A DNA stretch of 64,000 bases from Anthoceros angustus (lineage: Eukaryota > Plantae > Anthocerotophyta), in assembly GCA_010909165.1 (NCBI GenBank), contig MU008151.1, positions 868,001 to 932,000 on the forward strand. Reading direction: 5' to 3'. The position numbers and the translations under genes are program-made. Positions 59,986 to 64,000 of the stretch are shown here, piece after piece; position 1 is the stretch's first letter, and every line of letters starts with the position of its first letter. The notes below the pieces were generated by a model. It saw only the letters and a list, made by a program, of their open reading frames with translations, was not told where the DNA came from and ran no database searches.

Positions 59986-62900
59986 CGATAAAACATCCAG
60001 CAGTTCTCCGGGAATGAGATAAAGAACAATATCATCCGTGATATAGGAGGATAGGAATACTTTCGAAATAGCCGAGCACCGTGGTCGCGATCAAGAAGCC
60101 ATTCCTCAAGCTCATCAATATACAACCCAAAGAGATTTGGGGACAAAGGTCGCCTCAACGCCAAGTTGGATAGGGATCCGTGGGAAGACAAACCACGGGA
60201 GTCTTGATTCGAGCAAAGACCCTTTTGTAGAGAAGGGTAGCAGATGCCACAAATGAGGAGGCATCTTAAGAGATTGAAGTCTCAAACAACTTATCCCAAG
60301 GCATGAGTTGAAAGCACGCTTAAAGTCAACAAAACAACGAGACGTGCTTCTTCGATGTCGAGCCCCTTCAACAATAGCCGGAGGGTAAAAGATGATCCAA
60401 AGTATTCGACCGGGCGGAAACCGGCTTGGCCCCGAGCACGCACCTTAGCCTCCTCACCTGTGAAGTAGTCAAGATCTCCAAACTAGAGCTAAAGATCTTA
60501 GCATAGATAGACTCCACGGTGATAAATCGGTAATTAGAAGGGAGATAAGGGTCGCCACCTTGAGAATGGAGTGGATATCATTCTCACACCAAGGATCGTG
60601 GAAACCGAAAGACAAAGCATCATTAAACAGAGGCAAGATGCGAGGAGAAGGAGGTAGAGTCGAACCGGAATAAATCCCGTGGATACCATTAGGGTCGAGT
60701 CGTACCACTCGAGCTTGACAGCACGGCAACTAGATTGGCGTGAAAACCCGAGACCGTGATCGAGGAATCAAAAGGTGGAGGCGAGGGATGTGGTAAAGAC
60801 TATGAACATAGGAGAGGAGTTCAGAGTGGCTTTGAGAAGAATGGGTGAGCGGTGTGGAATTCCTTCCAAAAGGCGAGCCACCGGGACGCTCAAGCAGAGA
60901 TAAGACGGTGTGTTCACTTGGATGAATTGGGACTTTTTCATGGAGATGAAGGCTTTGTAAGGCTTGACATTAGCTTTGTTAAAGAGCGGAATGATGGGAT
61001 CCGGGGAGGAGATTAAGTTGGCGCAAAGTGAGATGCAATTGAGAGCGCATGCGCTTACAATCCGCATCAAACCAGGGATGGCGGGGGAGTTGGTTTGCAT
61101 GGGGAGGATTGCAAAATTTGAAAGGAAAGGTGGAGCGGGCAGAGGTGAGAACAGCAGAGGCGGAAGTGGCAGCGCGGCAAGAAAAAGGGAGGGTGGGGGA
61201 ATGGAAGCAAGGGAGGAGCGGAGCAAGCTGGAAAATTGGGGTACAAGGTCTTGTGGAAAGGTGAACTGTGGAGAGACAGGGAGGGGAGGGGGGATCCCGA
61301 GGGGCGGAGGAACAAAGATCAAAACAATCAAGAAGATGGTCGACTCCAAACATGTGGAGTCCAGAGTCCAGAGCCTAGAAATACGCGAGAGAAGGCCGAC
61401 GTCACCAATAACATAATCCAACCTGCTAGAAGAGGAACCATCACTGCTGAAGAAAGAATTACCTGCGCTGTCCGGCCAACGGGGGAGTCCGTTGAAAATG
61501 ACCATGTTGTGGGATTCAGCTAGACGTAAAAGGGCAACACCATAGGAATTTAGTGGATGGGTATCAGACGAAGACCGATCGAGCCCGAGGTCGACAGGAT
61601 CCAGCTGAGAAATTTTGTCGAAATCCAAGGAATCATAGATAGCAGCTTGTTGACAGCCGGTCCAAGCGTTGAAGTCCCCAACGAGAAGAATATCAGCAAT
61701 AGGGGAAAACTCGGAGATGGACTCGAGAGATCCGCATATGGATTACCGCCGAGCATATTTGGAGGACCTTGAGGGAAGTAATGACGCCAACATATAAGTC
61801 ACGGTGAGAAGAGAAAAGAGCGAATTGAACCCGGAGGATGAGCTAAGCTCGTCATGACGAATAAGGGAGATAAAAGGAGTCAAGGACTCCCGAAAATAGC
61901 AAGCAATACCCCCGAAAGCCTTGGGAGAGTTGCTGGAGACATGGTGTCTAAAGGTAGAAAAACATGAATATCCGGAGAACGGCCTAAGGGGGCGGGTATG
62001 ATGCTCATGAGTCTCTGATAGAAACACAATATCCCGGCAATCCCGGCCCGTGAGGAGATCAAGCATTCCGCCAGGGTGTAGATTGATAGATCCGTTGCAA
62101 TTCCAAGAAGCCAGGCGGAGGATGCCATCACGGGCCCCGCATCCCTACGGGACATGCGCGGCAGTCTTGGGTTCCCGTATAACTAGGTCGTCATCAATGA
62201 AATAAGCCACCATACCCTCTGATTTTGCCTTCTTACAGTCAAGCAACAATTGCTTCTTGCGTTCCCATTGGAGAGGAGTAAGGTCAGGGTTGACAAATAT
62301 ATCTTGGCCTTTCAAGTTTGTGCGTGCACGTAACACAACGTCCTCAAGAGTAAAAACGCACAATATAAGTGGGGATCGAGAATGGTCCTTACCCACTCTC
62401 CAAGCGTGTTGGAACCGAACATCGACCTTGATAACATCACCAAAACCCTTACAGACTTTCTCGAGTAGTTCCCGATATCCATGTCGGAGGTTTCGAGATC
62501 GCTTATCGCGATCGCGGACTCAAATGGTAGCGATATGATGGCGAGTTCGTCGCGGCCGTGACGGCAAAAGATCGGGTCGTAGGGGCAAGGGGCCTATCCA
62601 CCTCTTGAATAACCTCATCATTCTTGGACATGCCAAGACGGATAGAAGTTAATTTGTCTTCAACAATAATTTCAACCTTCTCCAAAAGGCCGTAGGTCAA
62701 ACGTGGTAGCCGGAGTAGAGTGTGGAATTGTGGTCACTCAACGTGCTTAGAGATCATATTAGCCTTTCGAAATCTTCCTGAGCTCCTTAAGAGATGTCTC
62801 AAGATCGATCTTTGGGCGTCATATCCATGCGGAAAGTGTCTAGAGAAGTCGCAATAAGGTGTTCCCATTCAAGGCTCAAAACATCACTGTGTTTGCCGTA

Positions 62901-63344
62901 ATTCATTGAGGAGGGAATCATTGGGTCTGGAGGGCCTCAAACCTATCGATAGATCCGAGTGCTTAGCAGAGAAATCTTGAGTCTAGCCTCCAAGATAGTA
63001 ATGACTCCATGAAAGAAAGTATTTGTCCTCCAAAACGAGAGTCACCCGCCTCAAGACTATGAACCCCGAGAATGACCGCCATGTCATATTGCACCTTAGA
63101 TTCAAGAGAGGACGCTTTAAGGCCATCCTGGAGCCATTACCGCTTGCCAAAATACCGTAGTAGAACACCGAAGAGATTAGCACGCCATAAGCAAGTTGCC
63201 CAATTACTGCACTTGGCCTGGGGCACAAGACGACCAAAGGGGAGCCCCAAGGCCGAAAAACCCCGAGTAGGGACCTAAAAGCCCTACCACCACACCGCAC
63301 TCACGAATCCTGCAAAGACGGCCCAAAAATCGCGGACCCTCTCA

Positions 63345-63500
63345 CCACGCTCCGCACCGCACCGCCCGATCCGCACCCTACGCCCGCACCGCACCGCCCG
63401 CCTGCACCCACGCCCGCACCGCACCGCCCGCACCCACGCCCGCACCCCACGCCCGCACCGCCCGCACCCACGCCCGCACCCACGCCCGCACTCACGCCAC
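63345..63500 (+). repeat. (C)CCGCA-based tandem repeats at the LINE 5' end
   Basis: acgcccgcacc/ccgcaccgc units, directly visible. Confidence 0.85.
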
Positions 63501-63755
63501 GCGCAAGGCTGGCCCGCAAACTCAAAGATAAAATATGTGTTCACTATTTCAGAGAAACAGATTCATAGCCTGCTATTCACTTGTGGAGAAACAAAGATGG
63601 GTTATATCCGAATATCATTGCACTTCCTTCCCATACGCGACTTTGAGAGCGTGTTGTTCCTTTTCATATTCACCGGCACTGATGAGCTTAGATTCATGAA
63701 AGATCATGTTATCGAAAATTATAAGTAAAAGGGTTTCTAGACTGATTCGCCATGG

Positions 63756-63876
63756 ACACCCAACCCAACCCAACCCAACCCAACCCAACCCAACCCAACC
63801 CAACCCAACCCAACCTAACCCAACCCAACCCAACCCAACCCAACCCAACCCAACCCAGCCCAGCCCAGCCCAGCCC
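63756..63876 (+). repeat. (CCAAC)n(CCAGC)n microsatellite in the Roco upstream region
   Basis: More than 20 pentamers here; only 2-4 at the paralogous sites (~552, ~13565, ~14966). Confidence 0.92.
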
Positions 63877-64000
63877 ATCATTCATCACAGGGACCGTGCA
63901 CGGGAGCCGTTCCGTTCCGTTCCGGTGTCCTGATCTCGACTGACCCGGACAAATTCCATTCCCATTTACTTATTTTAGCATGTTTAAGTTTGGGCTGTTT

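Larger units (their letters stand above)
55559..63513 (-). mobile_element. Non-LTR retrotransposon (APE-type LINE) complex: 5' GC-rich repeats, ORF1, ORF2 with triplicated RT segments, AATAAA + (GTT)n tail; flanked by TSD CCGCAA
   Basis: ORF1 ~62145-63140 (IFVNPDLTPLQWERKK); endonuclease (DIVFLSETH, GGIACYF, RLDYVI); RT (FVDFKRAF, LSPNLFGLYI, LLYADD) at ~56700-57400, 57900-59010 and 59990-60900. CCGCAA at 55553-55558 and 63514-63519; the empty site is visible at 283-290 and 14707-14712. Confidence 0.88.
45663..64000 (+). repeat. Segmental duplication, copy B (interrupted by the LINE)
   Basis: See copy A; ends in the Roco promoter sequence matching 14707-15110 and 283-700. Confidence 0.9.

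Noticed and set aside
63284-63943. GWVGL/PNPTQ and GRGC repeat ORFs
   Set aside because: Translations of microsatellite and LINE 5' repeats.

Overview
Eukaryotic nuclear DNA from a non-seed land plant. Short GT-AG introns (75-125 nt), intronless PLS-class PPR genes and DYW:KP/WW editing domains suggest a hornwort, possibly a fern or lycophyte (inference). No prokaryotic features, tRNA/rRNA genes or CRISPR arrays were recognised. The window is a rearrangement-rich gene cluster built from segmental duplications: 1-~5480 matches 14409-~19850, and 6202-15110 matches 45663-64000 with an 8-kb LINE complex inserted. It contains: (i) two full-length and many fragmentary TORNADO1-like LRR-Roc-COR (Roco) genes; (ii) PPR RNA-editing factors of the U-to-C-associated DYW:KP type and of the DYW:WW lineage truncated before the catalytic site; (iii) intron-containing genes resembling bacterial isonitrile hydratase (DJ-1/PfpI); (iv) LSF2; (v) a LINE with a 6-bp TSD and two putative non-autonomous TIR elements. 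Most interesting: the two Roco copies differ almost only in short patches on the LRR xxLxLxx strands, an immune-receptor-like pattern. Also, the DYW:KP PPR proteins carry an N-terminal OSB-type PDF ssDNA-binding motif. Caveat: nearly every gene, including the conserved LSF2, has 1-nt homopolymer frameshifts typical of under-polished long-read sequence. Gene versus pseudogene status and some chimeric junctions need raw-read confirmation. All alignments were done by eye.
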